A stretch of 64,000 nucleotides of DNA from a virus. The position numbers and the translations under genes are program-made. The notes below the pieces were generated by a model. The model made no database searches and was not told the origin of the DNA. It was given only the letters and a program-made list of their open reading frames with translations. Location of the stretch: the IMG/VR virus record IMGVR_UViG_3300025087_000038, positions 1 through 64,000 of that record; one strand, written 5' to 3'. Below are positions 55,649-64,000 of the stretch, one piece after another. Numbering within the stretch: the first letter of the stretch is position 1; each line of letters opens with the position of its first letter.

Positions 55649-56282
55649 GGGGTTTGGGGAAGATGGGATGAGTCTTTTGTTGGAGGGTATGATTCTCGGT
55701 AATCCCTCTAAAGCAATCGAGAACCAAGAGGCAAGAGGGCAAACAAGGTTTGTAAATTCGGAATGTTTGCCAAAACGATGTAATGATTGCTCGCGTGCGA
55801 ACTTTGAAAAAATGGGTATAGGTTTTGGTGAGGATGTAGATGCCTTGTTTGTGAACGTTACACTACCGGCAGGGTGGAAGAAGGTACCTACGGACCATCC
55901 CATGTGGTCTAAGTTAGTGGATGAGCAAGGTAGAGAACGAGCATCAATGTTCTATAAAGCAGCGTATTACGATAGAGATGCCTTTATTTGTATAACAAAA
56001 AGGTTTTCTTGCCCGATTGAACCTACTTGCGGGTGGGAAGACGATAATTACCAGAAAGGCACTTGGCATTGTGTTGTAAAGGACTGCGATAGAGTTATCT
56101 GGAAATCTACAACAGTTGAACCGGAACCAATACTAAAAGAACTATGGGGGGCCTGGTATGATAAAAAGGAGCACTTAAGAGTTTTCGGGGAGGAGTGGTT
56201 AAAGGAACACTATCCTAATTGGGAAGACCCTTGCGCATATTGGGAGTTACCGTTTAAGAAGGAGATGCGTGGGGAAAAATAG
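55641..56282 (+). CDS. Hypothetical protein
   Basis: 213 aa (LPAGW, FYKAAYYDRDA, YPNWEDP). Confidence 0.7.
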   Translation: MDKGFGEDGMSLLLEGMILGNPSKAIENQEARGQTRFVNSECLPKRCNDCSRANFEKMGIGFGEDVDALFVNVTLPAGWKKVPTDHPMWSKLVDEQGRERASMFYKAAYYDRDAFICITKRFSCPIEPTCGWEDDNYQKGTWHCVVKDCDRVIWKSTTVEPEPILKELWGAWYDKKEHLRVFGEEWLKEHYPNWEDPCAYWELPFKKEMRGEK

Positions 56283-56285
56283 TTA

Positions 56286-58469
56286 ATGCAAAACTTAGAA
56301 GAAACACTTTCTAAAATACGTCCTTACTTAAAAGAATATCTACAGGAACAAGGCTTGGAATTTGGGCATAGTCATTTTCAGTGCCCTAACTTTCAAGTAC
56401 ATAAACGGGACGATAAGAAGCCGGCTGCTAACTTTTGGCCTGATGAAGAGCATTGGAAGTGTTGGGCTTGTTCTGCTAAAGGCGATATTTTTGATGCAAC
56501 AGCTTACCTTGAAGGGAGAGCTTTATCAGGGCCAGAGTTTATTACCGACAATGTTGCATATCTAGCTGAGAAGTATAGCATTCCTTTTGAGATAGACAAA
56601 TCTTCCGTAGAAGGAAATCGAAAACAACTTTATGAAATTTTAAAAGTAGCAAATGAATTTGTAATTCAAGGAAAAGAAAAGATAAAAGATGTCTTAGTAG
56701 GAAGACATTGGAACGAGATTTCTGAATTTGATTTTGGAACATGTTTGCATAAAGACTTGATTGATCACCTTTTGAGTAAGGGATTTACAGAACGAATTAT
56801 AAGAGATACTGGTTTGTTTGATAGGGGTTTGTTTGAAGGAAGGTTAGTTTTTCCGTTAAAAAATCATTTCGGAAAGATAGTTAGCTTTGCTAGTAGAAAA
56901 ATAAATGGGGAAGGTGAAAAGTATCTGAGCGGTATGACAACCGAGATTTATAAGAAATCTCGGTTTCTCTTTAACTTTTGGAAAGCAAAGAAGTATTTAA
57001 AGTTATATGTATTTGAAGGTTATTCTGACGTCTTTATGGCTGTTGCAAATAAGTTAGAAAACGTTGTAGCTTTGGGTTGGAGTTCTATCTCTGAAGGCCA
57101 GTTTGAGTTAATAGTTAAAGGCGGAATAGTTGAGATAGTAATTTGTCTAGACAATGATACCGGGGGAAAAATTGCTTTAGAAAGTATCCTAGTTGGGTTA
57201 CTTGTAAAGCCTGTTGAACTAAAAATTAAAGTAAAACCTTTAGATGTCTGGGAAGATCCTGATGAATATATTTTGAAAGAAGGAATAGAAAAATTTAAAA
57301 CTTTACCTGAGTATGAAGTTTTTGAATTTAGATTAAAACAATTAAAAGAAAACCAAATAGATAAAAAGATAGTTTTTGATTTAATCTCCTCAGAACCAAG
57401 TCAAGTAGAAAAAGAACAAAAAAGTAAAAAGCTATCCGAAATCTTGGGAGTTAGTTTTGAATCAGTTTTAGCAGACTTACAAATAACTGTAAATGCTAAC
57501 ACTAAAGATTTTATAGGTTCTTTTGAAAAAGAAGTAATGCGTTTTGAAGAATGGGCATTTTCTAGAGGAGGGCCCCTTCTTGGTTTAGATACAGGGTTTC
57601 CAATTTTGACACAAAAGTTGGATGGACTACAAAATGGCTTTTATGTTGTAGGGGCGGATACAAACGTAGGTAAAACAGCTTTTCTTTTATCTTTAGCTCG
57701 CAACCTTATTTTAAGCAATTCTGAAAATGTTTATGTTCTTTTCTTTTCTTTAGACGACCCAATACTGAAAATTATTCCTAGACTTGCCGCCTTAATAAGT
57801 GGCGTAGAGATAAACATTATTTCAAATCCTGTTTATAAAATTCAAAAGAACGAGCAGTTAACTCCAGAACAGGCGCTGCAAAAATTTCAAGAAAGGGAGA
57901 AAGCAATAATAGAATTAAAGAAAATGGATAATTGTTTTACAATTAAAGATGAGTCAAGCGCTACTGGAATACGTCAATTGGATATGATAGAAAAAACTAT
58001 TCAAGATTGTAAACAAGTTGCTGATAAAAAACAACTTGTGGTTTTTATTGATAGTCTTCACAAAATACAAATGAAAGGGAAGGATAGTGTAAGAGAAAAG
58101 TATATGTATATTTCTGACAATTTAAAAGCGTTGACTACCTCTCTTGGAATACCAATTATTTGTACTGCAGAATTAAGAAAAAAACAGTCCGAAGGAGCAA
58201 GACCAATTTTAGACGATTTAAAAGAAACCGGTGATATAGGTTATGATTCAGATGTAGGAATGTTACTTTTTAATGCTTTTGAATTTAAGAAAGATACACC
58301 ACTTCATTTTATAGACAAAGGTCAAGTACGCCCTGTAGTAGAAGCAATTTTTAAAAAGAATAAGATAAGTTCTTTTAAGGGCAGCGTATTTTTTGGGTTT
58401 TATACGGATTTAAGTAAGTTTGTTGAATGTTCTGTAGAAGAAAATAGAAGATTTTTGGGGTTAAGGTAA
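56286..58469 (+). CDS. DNA primase-helicase (DnaG-like plus DnaB-like)
   Basis: Zinc finger (CP..H...CWAC); TOPRIM FEGYSD and CLDND; Walker A GADTNVGKT; FIDSLH; DDLKETGDIGYDSD. Confidence 0.9.
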   Translation: MQNLEETLSKIRPYLKEYLQEQGLEFGHSHFQCPNFQVHKRDDKKPAANFWPDEEHWKCWACSAKGDIFDATAYLEGRALSGPEFITDNVAYLAEKYSIPFEIDKSSVEGNRKQLYEILKVANEFVIQGKEKIKDVLVGRHWNEISEFDFGTCLHKDLIDHLLSKGFTERIIRDTGLFDRGLFEGRLVFPLKNHFGKIVSFASRKINGEGEKYLSGMTTEIYKKSRFLFNFWKAKKYLKLYVFEGYSDVFMAVANKLENVVALGWSSISEGQFELIVKGGIVEIVICLDNDTGGKIALESILVGLLVKPVELKIKVKPLDVWEDPDEYILKEGIEKFKTLPEYEVFEFRLKQLKENQIDKKIVFDLISSEPSQVEKEQKSKKLSEILGVSFESVLADLQITVNANTKDFIGSFEKEVMRFEEWAFSRGGPLLGLDTGFPILTQKLDGLQNGFYVVGADTNVGKTAFLLSLARNLILSNSENVYVLFFSLDDPILKIIPRLAALISGVEINIISNPVYKIQKNEQLTPEQALQKFQEREKAIIELKKMDNCFTIKDESSATGIRQLDMIEKTIQDCKQVADKKQLVVFIDSLHKIQMKGKDSVREKYMYISDNLKALTTSLGIPIICTAELRKKQSEGARPILDDLKETGDIGYDSDVGMLLFNAFEFKKDTPLHFIDKGQVRPVVEAIFKKNKISSFKGSVFFGFYTDLSKFVECSVEENRRFLGLR

Positions 58470-58471
58470 AA

Positions 58472-58483
58472 TTGTAGTATAAT
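58472..58483 (+). promoter_or_regulatory. Promoter motif TTGTAGTATAAT
   Basis: Exact motif followed by SD AGGAGG. Confidence 0.7.
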
Positions 58484-58502
58484 TCTAACGTAAGGAGGTA
58501 AA

Positions 58503-58679
58503 ATGAAACTAAAAGAACTAGATGAAAAAATAAGAAAGAAATTTAATCTTTCAGAAAGAGCTGGGTGGTTAATTAGAGATACCGGTGAAATCGTTGAGTT
58601 AGAAAGAAGCTACGGAGATTTTATTGGTGGGGAGGAGGGGGAACGCGGCCGGTTAGGTTTCTTGGAAGATTTAGACTAA
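58503..58679 (+). CDS. Small hypothetical protein (58 aa)
   Basis: SD AGGAGG; MKLKELDEKIRKKF... (manual translation). Confidence 0.55.
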   Translation: MKLKELDEKIRKKFNLSERAGWLIRDTGEIVELERSYGDFIGGEEGERGRLGFLEDLD

Positions 58680-58867
58680 TGTGTAACTTAGATAGAATTT
58701 TTGAGATTGAACAAGCGTTAGAAGTCTTGGGATTGGAGAAGTGTTCATTTTGTTCAACTTGGTGTAAAGAGCGAAACTTTAGAGAAGTAATTTCTGAAGA
58801 CAAAGTGCATAGACGTTTATGTGTTAGTTGTCGAAAGTCAAGGTTTAAAGGGAGGAGAAAATGGTAA
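58679..58867 (+). CDS. Small zinc-finger protein
   Basis: CSFC and CVSC motifs. Confidence 0.55.
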   Translation: MCNLDRIFEIEQALEVLGLEKCSFCSTWCKERNFREVISEDKVHRRLCVSCRKSRFKGRRKW

Positions 58868-59223
58868 AAATAGGAACTGAAGTTAAAATTGATGCCGCGC
58901 ATTTTTTGCCTGGTTATGATGGCCCTTGCGGTCTAATTCATGGCCATACCTGGAGGATAGTAGTTGAAGTAGAAGGAACTGTAGATAATACTGGAATGGT
59001 AGTAGACTTTACTCAGATAAAAAAATTGATAAGCAACTACGATCATGACTTCTTTAATAAAACACAAAAACATAATGTTAATTTAATTGAGAACCCCACT
59101 GCTGAAAATATAGCTGAAGTCTTTTGTTATGGTATTTTTTGTTTATCGGAAAATATTCAAAAAGTAGTAGTCAGAGTTTATGAAAGTGCTGTTAGTTATG
59201 CTGAGGTAGAAAAAGAAAGATGA
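58861..59223 (+). CDS. queD: 6-carboxy-5,6,7,8-tetrahydropterin synthase
   Basis: DAAHFL, CGLIHGHTW, GMVVDF, DH, NPTAENIA, VYES. Confidence 0.92.
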   Translation: MVKIGTEVKIDAAHFLPGYDGPCGLIHGHTWRIVVEVEGTVDNTGMVVDFTQIKKLISNYDHDFFNKTQKHNVNLIENPTAENIAEVFCYGIFCLSENIQKVVVRVYESAVSYAEVEKER

Positions 59224-59597
59224 AAAAAGAAGCTTGTGAATATATGACTTGGGAAATGTTTGATAAAGCTTCTAGGGAGATAGCGCGATGGGCTAAAGAC
59301 CGAAAATTTACTGGTATATATGGGCCTCCTAGAGGCGGAATAGTTTTAGCCGTTAAATTATCACACTTGCTAAAGATTCCATTAATTGTAAGCAAAGATG
59401 ATATAACTCCAAATGTATTAATAGCTGAGGACATAAAAGATTCCGGAAAAACGCTTTTAGCTGATAGTTATAGAAATTGTCAGATAGTAACTTTGTATTG
59501 GAATAAACAATTATGTCAAGAAACTGATGTCGATAGTCCAGAGTTTTATGTCTATGAAAAAATGGATAAATACATAGTCTTTCCCTGGGAAATTTAG
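59220..59597 (+). CDS. Type I phosphoribosyltransferase (purine PRTase-like)
   Basis: GPPRGG; PRPP loop LIAEDIKDSGKT; C-terminal IVFPWE. Confidence 0.85.
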   Translation: MKKEACEYMTWEMFDKASREIARWAKDRKFTGIYGPPRGGIVLAVKLSHLLKIPLIVSKDDITPNVLIAEDIKDSGKTLLADSYRNCQIVTLYWNKQLCQETDVDSPEFYVYEKMDKYIVFPWEI

Positions 59598-59601
59598 ATT
59601 T

Positions 59602-59613
59602 TTGTAGTATAAT
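59602..59613 (+). promoter_or_regulatory. Promoter motif TTGTAGTATAAT
   Basis: Exact motif. Confidence 0.7.
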
Positions 59614-60025
59614 ATTAGTGAAAGGAAAACAAAATGACTATATCTTTTAGAAATCCAATAGAATTTATTTCTCAATGGTGGCCCTTAGAAGGCAGACTAT
59701 GGGCAACTTTAATATGGATTTTTTATGTATGGTCAATAAAGGAGATAAGGAGGTATTAGGTATGATTTATTTAGTTGTATTTGGTTTACTTTCTGGCGTA
59801 TTTCTTTTAGGTTTTTGGATAGGCTGCGGGTATAGTACTTTAAAGGCACTAAATGATGAAATATGAGAAAGGAAGAAATGGACTCAGTAGTAATGAAAGT
59901 GCTCATACCTATAATCAGGAACAATGATGGCAATGGTTGTTACGTTGTAGGAGAGTGGAATGTTGCCTTGAGGAGTTTTGCAAGACTTACCTCTAAACGC
60001 CTGCTACTGAGTCCTAATTAAAAAA

Positions 60026-60832
60026 ATGGATAAAAACGAAGTTTTAGAAAAGATAAGAAGTAAGATTACACCAGGGCAGGAATGGATGGTAGATAATATC
60101 CAATATCTTACTTTAACGGGTAGTCATGCTTATGGGATAAACAATGAAGATAGCGATTTTGATGTATATGGATTCACTATACCACCTATAGAATATGTTT
60201 ATGCCGATAATTTGTTGGGGTTTGAAGGCCCGCCAACATTTAATCAATTTGAAGGAAAAGTAACCGGAAAGACAAAAAATGAATGTTTAGATTTTACTAT
60301 TTACAATATTACAAGATATTTTAAATTAGTTATGGAAAACAACCCAAATATGATTGATAGTTTATTTACTGGTAAGAATTGCGAGTTAGTAGTAACTGAT
60401 ATAGCTAGAAAAGTAAAGGATAATAGGAAACTATTTTTACATAAAGGTTCGTGGCCGAAGTTTAAGGGATATAGTTTCAGTCAATTGAACAAAATAAGAG
60501 TAAAACCGGAAGATAGAGAAAACCCTGATAGAAAATTAGCAATAGAAAAATATGGTTATGATACACAGTTTGCGGTCCATATTTTTAGGCTTTTAGATGA
60601 AGTAGAACAAATTTTAACTTTAGGCGATATAGACTTAACAAGAAATAGGGAACAATTGAAAAGGGTAAAAGAGGGATACTACAAATTAGAAGAAATAGAC
60701 AAATACTTTAAAGAAAAAGAGTTAATGTTAGAAAAGGCCTACAATGAATCAACTTTACCTTGGGGGCCAAGAGAAAAAGAAATACGAGAATTACTAGTAA
60801 CCTGTTTGGAGGACTTTTATGAAAACCCTTAA
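60026..60832 (+). CDS. Pol-beta superfamily nucleotidyltransferase (RlaP/YcgL-like)
   Basis: GSHAYG...DSDFDVYG, NNPNMIDSLF, FKGYSFSQL, GYDTQFAVHIFRL. Confidence 0.85.
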   Translation: MDKNEVLEKIRSKITPGQEWMVDNIQYLTLTGSHAYGINNEDSDFDVYGFTIPPIEYVYADNLLGFEGPPTFNQFEGKVTGKTKNECLDFTIYNITRYFKLVMENNPNMIDSLFTGKNCELVVTDIARKVKDNRKLFLHKGSWPKFKGYSFSQLNKIRVKPEDRENPDRKLAIEKYGYDTQFAVHIFRLLDEVEQILTLGDIDLTRNREQLKRVKEGYYKLEEIDKYFKEKELMLEKAYNESTLPWGPREKEIRELLVTCLEDFYENP

Positions 60833-61007
60833 GATGCCGACACTTTCAAAAGCATTAAAAGACAGTAATGCCTATCTTGATGGTTATATCCATGCCATAA
60901 AATTATTGCAGCGAATTAAGGGCCAATATCCATCTATTTTTAATGAAGTAATAACAGAAGAAGATTTATCAAAACTAAATGTTGGAGAACTACAAAGGAA
61001 AAAATAA
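60819..61007 (+). CDS. Small hypothetical protein
   Basis: SD GGAGG; 62 aa. Confidence 0.55.
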   Translation: MKTLKMPTLSKALKDSNAYLDGYIHAIKLLQRIKGQYPSIFNEVITEEDLSKLNVGELQRKK

Positions 61008-61130
61008 TGCTGGCCAGTAGGTGGAAAATCCATAGGAAGATTATAGCAAGTCAGAAAGGCCCTCCTTCCCATGAGCAGCTATAGGCAGAATTGGGTCTAC
61101 TGGTCAGTTTTTTCAAGCAATTTTTAACTT

Positions 61131-61142
61131 TTGTAGTATAAT
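61131..61142 (+). promoter_or_regulatory. Promoter motif TTGTAGTATAAT
   Basis: Exact motif. Confidence 0.7.
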
Positions 61143-61164
61143 CAAAGTAGAAAGGAATATAGAT

Positions 61165-61356
61165 ATGTCAATAAGGGGTTTGTGGATTTTGTTAATAGGG
61201 TATCCAAATAAAACACTTTATCAGAAGTTAAGAATCCTTTTGAAAGGCAACAAACTATATTTTGCGAGGAAAGGGAAAACCGTAAGATGTGTTTTAGCAT
61301 TGTCTAAAGAACATGCTCAATCCAAACGTTTAACATGGAATATACAGGAAGTCTAA
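61165..61356 (+). CDS. Small hypothetical protein
   Basis: 63-aa ORF after the promoter. Confidence 0.5.
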   Translation: MSIRGLWILLIGYPNKTLYQKLRILLKGNKLYFARKGKTVRCVLALSKEHAQSKRLTWNIQEV

Positions 61357-61357
61357 T

Positions 61358-62884
61358 ATGGAACTAACATTAGAGATATGTAAAGAGATAGATAGGGCCG
61401 GTGGTAAGCCTTACTTTATCGGCGGCTGGGTAAGGGATAAAGTAATGGGAATAGAAAGTAAAGACATAGATATAGAGGTCTATGGATTAGACCAGGATAA
61501 ACTGGAAGAAGTGTTAGTGAGGTTTGGCGACGTAAGCCTTGTGGGGAAACAATTTGGGGTGTACAAATTGTCAATATTTAGGTTAGAGAAAATAGATATA
61601 AGTTTACCAAGAACAGAAAGCAAAACTGGGGTAGGTCATACCGAGTTTACTGTTACGGTAGATCCTTACATAACAATGGGGCAAGCAATACTGAGACGGG
61701 ATTTGACAATAAATAGTTTGTTTTATAACCCGCTTACTGGTGTGATAATAGATCTATGCCACGGTAGGGAGGATATAAAAAACAAAACATTAAGAACCAT
61801 AACCGCAGATAAATTTAGAGAAGACCCACTAAGAGTTTACAGGGTAATGCAGTTTATGGGTAGATTAGAATTTACACCAACCGAAGGGTTAACAGAACTC
61901 TGCACAGAAATAGTGAAATCTGGGGAACTGGATGAACTGTCTAAAGAACGGGTATATGAAGAATTTGAAAAACTGTTGTTGAAATCCAAGAGACCATCTT
62001 TAGGTTTAAGATGGGCATTAAGTATTGGATTACTTGAGAAATACTTTCCAGAACTGTCAATGTTGGTTAAAGTGGAACAAGACCCGCAATGGCACAAAGA
62101 GGGAGACGTGTTTAATCATACTATGATGGCTCTTGACGCAGGCGCTAAGTTGCGCGATACAATAACGGGAGAAGACGAAGAAGAGTTACGGAAACGCAAA
62201 GCAATATTTATGTTTGGAGTGTTATGCCATGATTTAGGAAAAGGAGTAGCCGGAATAACAGAAATAGATGGGGATGGCACTGTCCATTCCAGACGGCATG
62301 AGTCTGCCGGAGAGGAACCGACATTATCATTTTTAGATAGGATAACAAACGATATAGAACTAAGAAAGAAAGTAGTGTTTTTGGTTACTAATCACATGAC
62401 ACCGTTGAACCTTTACAATTCTTATTTGTTAGGCAATAATCCAAGGGATTCAGCATTTAGAAGATTAGGAATAAAAGCTTTAGATGCTATGGTAGCATTA
62501 GACGATTTGCTTTTATTAACACAAGCCGATAATAATGGTAGAATTTCAACTGTGGGTTCTTTGAACGATGGAATAGTGCCATGGTTTAACAAGAGAATAG
62601 AAGACATGATTTTTAAAGGTCCAGTAGTGCCAAAACCGTTAATAACAGGCGATGATTTAATACACGATTTTAGTATGAAACAAGGTATAGAATTAGGAAA
62701 ACTTCGTAAGGAAGCATATGATTATCAAATAGAAAATGATATACAAGATAAAGAGGTAATGGTAGAATACGTTAAGGGGTTGTTAAAAGAAAAGGGGGAT
62801 GCTTATGTTATGGTTAATAATACCAATAGTTTTGTTTGTTGTTTTTGTGAATTATTTGGGTTGGAAAAAATCACCCTATTGTAA
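61358..62884 (+). CDS. cca: tRNA nucleotidyltransferase (CCA-adding, class II) with HD domain
   Basis: IGGWVRD, DIDIE, RRDLTINS, EDPLRVYR, ERVYEE; HD domain WHKEGDVFNHT and LCHDLGKG. Confidence 0.88.
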   Translation: MELTLEICKEIDRAGGKPYFIGGWVRDKVMGIESKDIDIEVYGLDQDKLEEVLVRFGDVSLVGKQFGVYKLSIFRLEKIDISLPRTESKTGVGHTEFTVTVDPYITMGQAILRRDLTINSLFYNPLTGVIIDLCHGREDIKNKTLRTITADKFREDPLRVYRVMQFMGRLEFTPTEGLTELCTEIVKSGELDELSKERVYEEFEKLLLKSKRPSLGLRWALSIGLLEKYFPELSMLVKVEQDPQWHKEGDVFNHTMMALDAGAKLRDTITGEDEEELRKRKAIFMFGVLCHDLGKGVAGITEIDGDGTVHSRRHESAGEEPTLSFLDRITNDIELRKKVVFLVTNHMTPLNLYNSYLLGNNPRDSAFRRLGIKALDAMVALDDLLLLTQADNNGRISTVGSLNDGIVPWFNKRIEDMIFKGPVVPKPLITGDDLIHDFSMKQGIELGKLRKEAYDYQIENDIQDKEVMVEYVKGLLKEKGDAYVMVNNTNSFVCCFCELFGLEKITLL

Positions 62885-62993
62885 ATGGTGCAAAGGCAGA
62901 CATTATGGGAGATGTATTTTTAATCCTCGTTCTGGGAAAATTTTTGCTAATACTAATGATGGATATTTTGACTATACCCACCCAAATAAATAA
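62799..62993 (+). CDS. Small membrane protein with a Cys/His motif
   Basis: N-terminal hydrophobic helix; CKWCKGRH...C. Confidence 0.45.
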   Translation: MLMLWLIIPIVLFVVFVNYLGWKKSPYCKWCKGRHYGRCIFNPRSGKIFANTNDGYFDYTHPNK

Positions 62994-63011
62994 TGAAGAA
63001 GGGAGCCGAAA

Positions 63012-63986
63012 ATGCCAACTAATTTAAAAGTAGAAGTAGTAGAAATAGGAGAATTAGAAAAACATCCCAATGCCGATACACTATCAATAGTAAAAGTAAA
63101 AGGATGGCAATGTATAGTAAAAACAGACGAGTTTAAAGATGTAAAACTGGCGGCGTATATTCCTATTGATTCCTTGATACCGGAAAGTCTTCAGACCGTT
63201 ATACCAGTAAAACGAATAAAAACTATAAGACTGAGAGGAATAATCTCGCAAGGAGTTTTGTTACCAGTAAGAGAGAATTGGAAAGCGGGGGATGATGTAA
63301 GCGAAGAATTGAGGATAACTAAATATGAACCGCCAGAGCCAACAATACTGGGTGGCGAAGATACCTATACCCCTGAAGGGTTTATAAAATATACCGACAT
63401 AGAAAGAATTCAAAACTACCCAAACATAATTACTCCTGATATGGAAGTAGTAATAAGTGAAAAGTTGCACGGAACCAACTTTAGGGTTGCTATGCTGGAT
63501 GGGAAGTTTTACGTGGGTAGCCATAGAAATACAAAGAAAAGGGCAGAAGGAGATAAAAAAGAAACCGTTTATTGGCAAATGGCGTTACAAGAGGATATAG
63601 AGAATAAACTAAGACGTCAGGGGTATAACAACTTAGTTTTGTTTGGGGAGATATTCGGGTCAGGAATACAGAAATTGCATTACGACTGTGTCCAGAATGA
63701 AAGGAAGGTTGCATTCTACGATATTTGGCAAAATGGCGGATACTTAGATTTTAATAAGTCTTGGAATTGTATATTAAAATTAGAACTACCCTGCGCACCA
63801 ATTTTTTACCAAGGCAAATTTGATATACCGTTAAGTTTGTATGACGAAAGAAAAACATATTATGGCGGGGCGCACAATATAGAAGGAGTAGTAATAAAAC
63901 CAGTAAAAGAAATGTTTAATGAAGAAATTGGAAGGGTGGTATTGAAATACATTTCGCCAGTGTATTTGTTGAGAGGGGGTGAATAG
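63012..63986 (+). CDS. RNA ligase, DRB0094 (Rnl5)-like family
   Basis: N-terminal OB fold (HPNADTL, GWQCIV, RLRGIISQG); EKLHGTN; FGEIFGSGIQ; EGVVIKP; LKYIS. Confidence 0.88.
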   Translation: MPTNLKVEVVEIGELEKHPNADTLSIVKVKGWQCIVKTDEFKDVKLAAYIPIDSLIPESLQTVIPVKRIKTIRLRGIISQGVLLPVRENWKAGDDVSEELRITKYEPPEPTILGGEDTYTPEGFIKYTDIERIQNYPNIITPDMEVVISEKLHGTNFRVAMLDGKFYVGSHRNTKKRAEGDKKETVYWQMALQEDIENKLRRQGYNNLVLFGEIFGSGIQKLHYDCVQNERKVAFYDIWQNGGYLDFNKSWNCILKLELPCAPIFYQGKFDIPLSLYDERKTYYGGAHNIEGVVIKPVKEMFNEEIGRVVLKYISPVYLLRGGE

Positions 63987-64000
63987 AATGGGTAAAAATA

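Noticed and set aside
1013-63714. The many minus-strand ORFs in the track (e.g. 12329..12820, 28102..28662, 47835..48284)
   Set aside because: They are antisense shadows of + strand genes or structured regions, with Phe/Ser/Leu-biased composition and no convincing SD.
1-64000. CRISPR array, rRNA, integrase or IS transposase
   Set aside because: No regularly spaced repeats or matching motifs were noticed by eye.

Overview
The window is part of a large, AT-rich dsDNA tailed phage genome. Almost all real genes lie on the + strand and use the standard genetic code. Bases 1-45.8 kb are a morphogenesis module: modular candidate internal-head proteins, a small membrane/lysis cassette, portal (with intein), prohead protease-scaffold (with intein), a decoration protein, the major capsid gene, head-tail joining genes, tail tube, tail chaperones, tape measure, tail-tip proteins and tail fibres. 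No sheath gene was recognised, so the tail looks siphovirus-like. Bases 46-64 kb hold early and replication genes: a sigma-like factor, SNF2 helicase (class 3 intein), radical SAM enzyme, tRNA-Gln, two RNA ligases, primase-helicase, QueD, a PRTase, a nucleotidyltransferase and a CCA-adding/HD enzyme. Three results stand out. (1) The major capsid gene, which the ORF track misses, can be rebuilt by hand as 7 exons (288 aa) split by six group I introns; it includes a 14-nt micro-exon and one intron that appears to end in A instead of the near-universal omega-G. (2) Unrelated small proteins share an N-terminal leader (I-[NV]-[ND]-L-F-W-K-K-x-[AG]-Q) that ends in the same basic-[AG]-Q motif that punctuates large modular proteins, suggesting a tag-and-cleave system for loading variable cargo into the capsid. 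(3) An RNA/tRNA repair cluster contains paired structured elements. All product calls come from motifs read by eye; no database searches were run.
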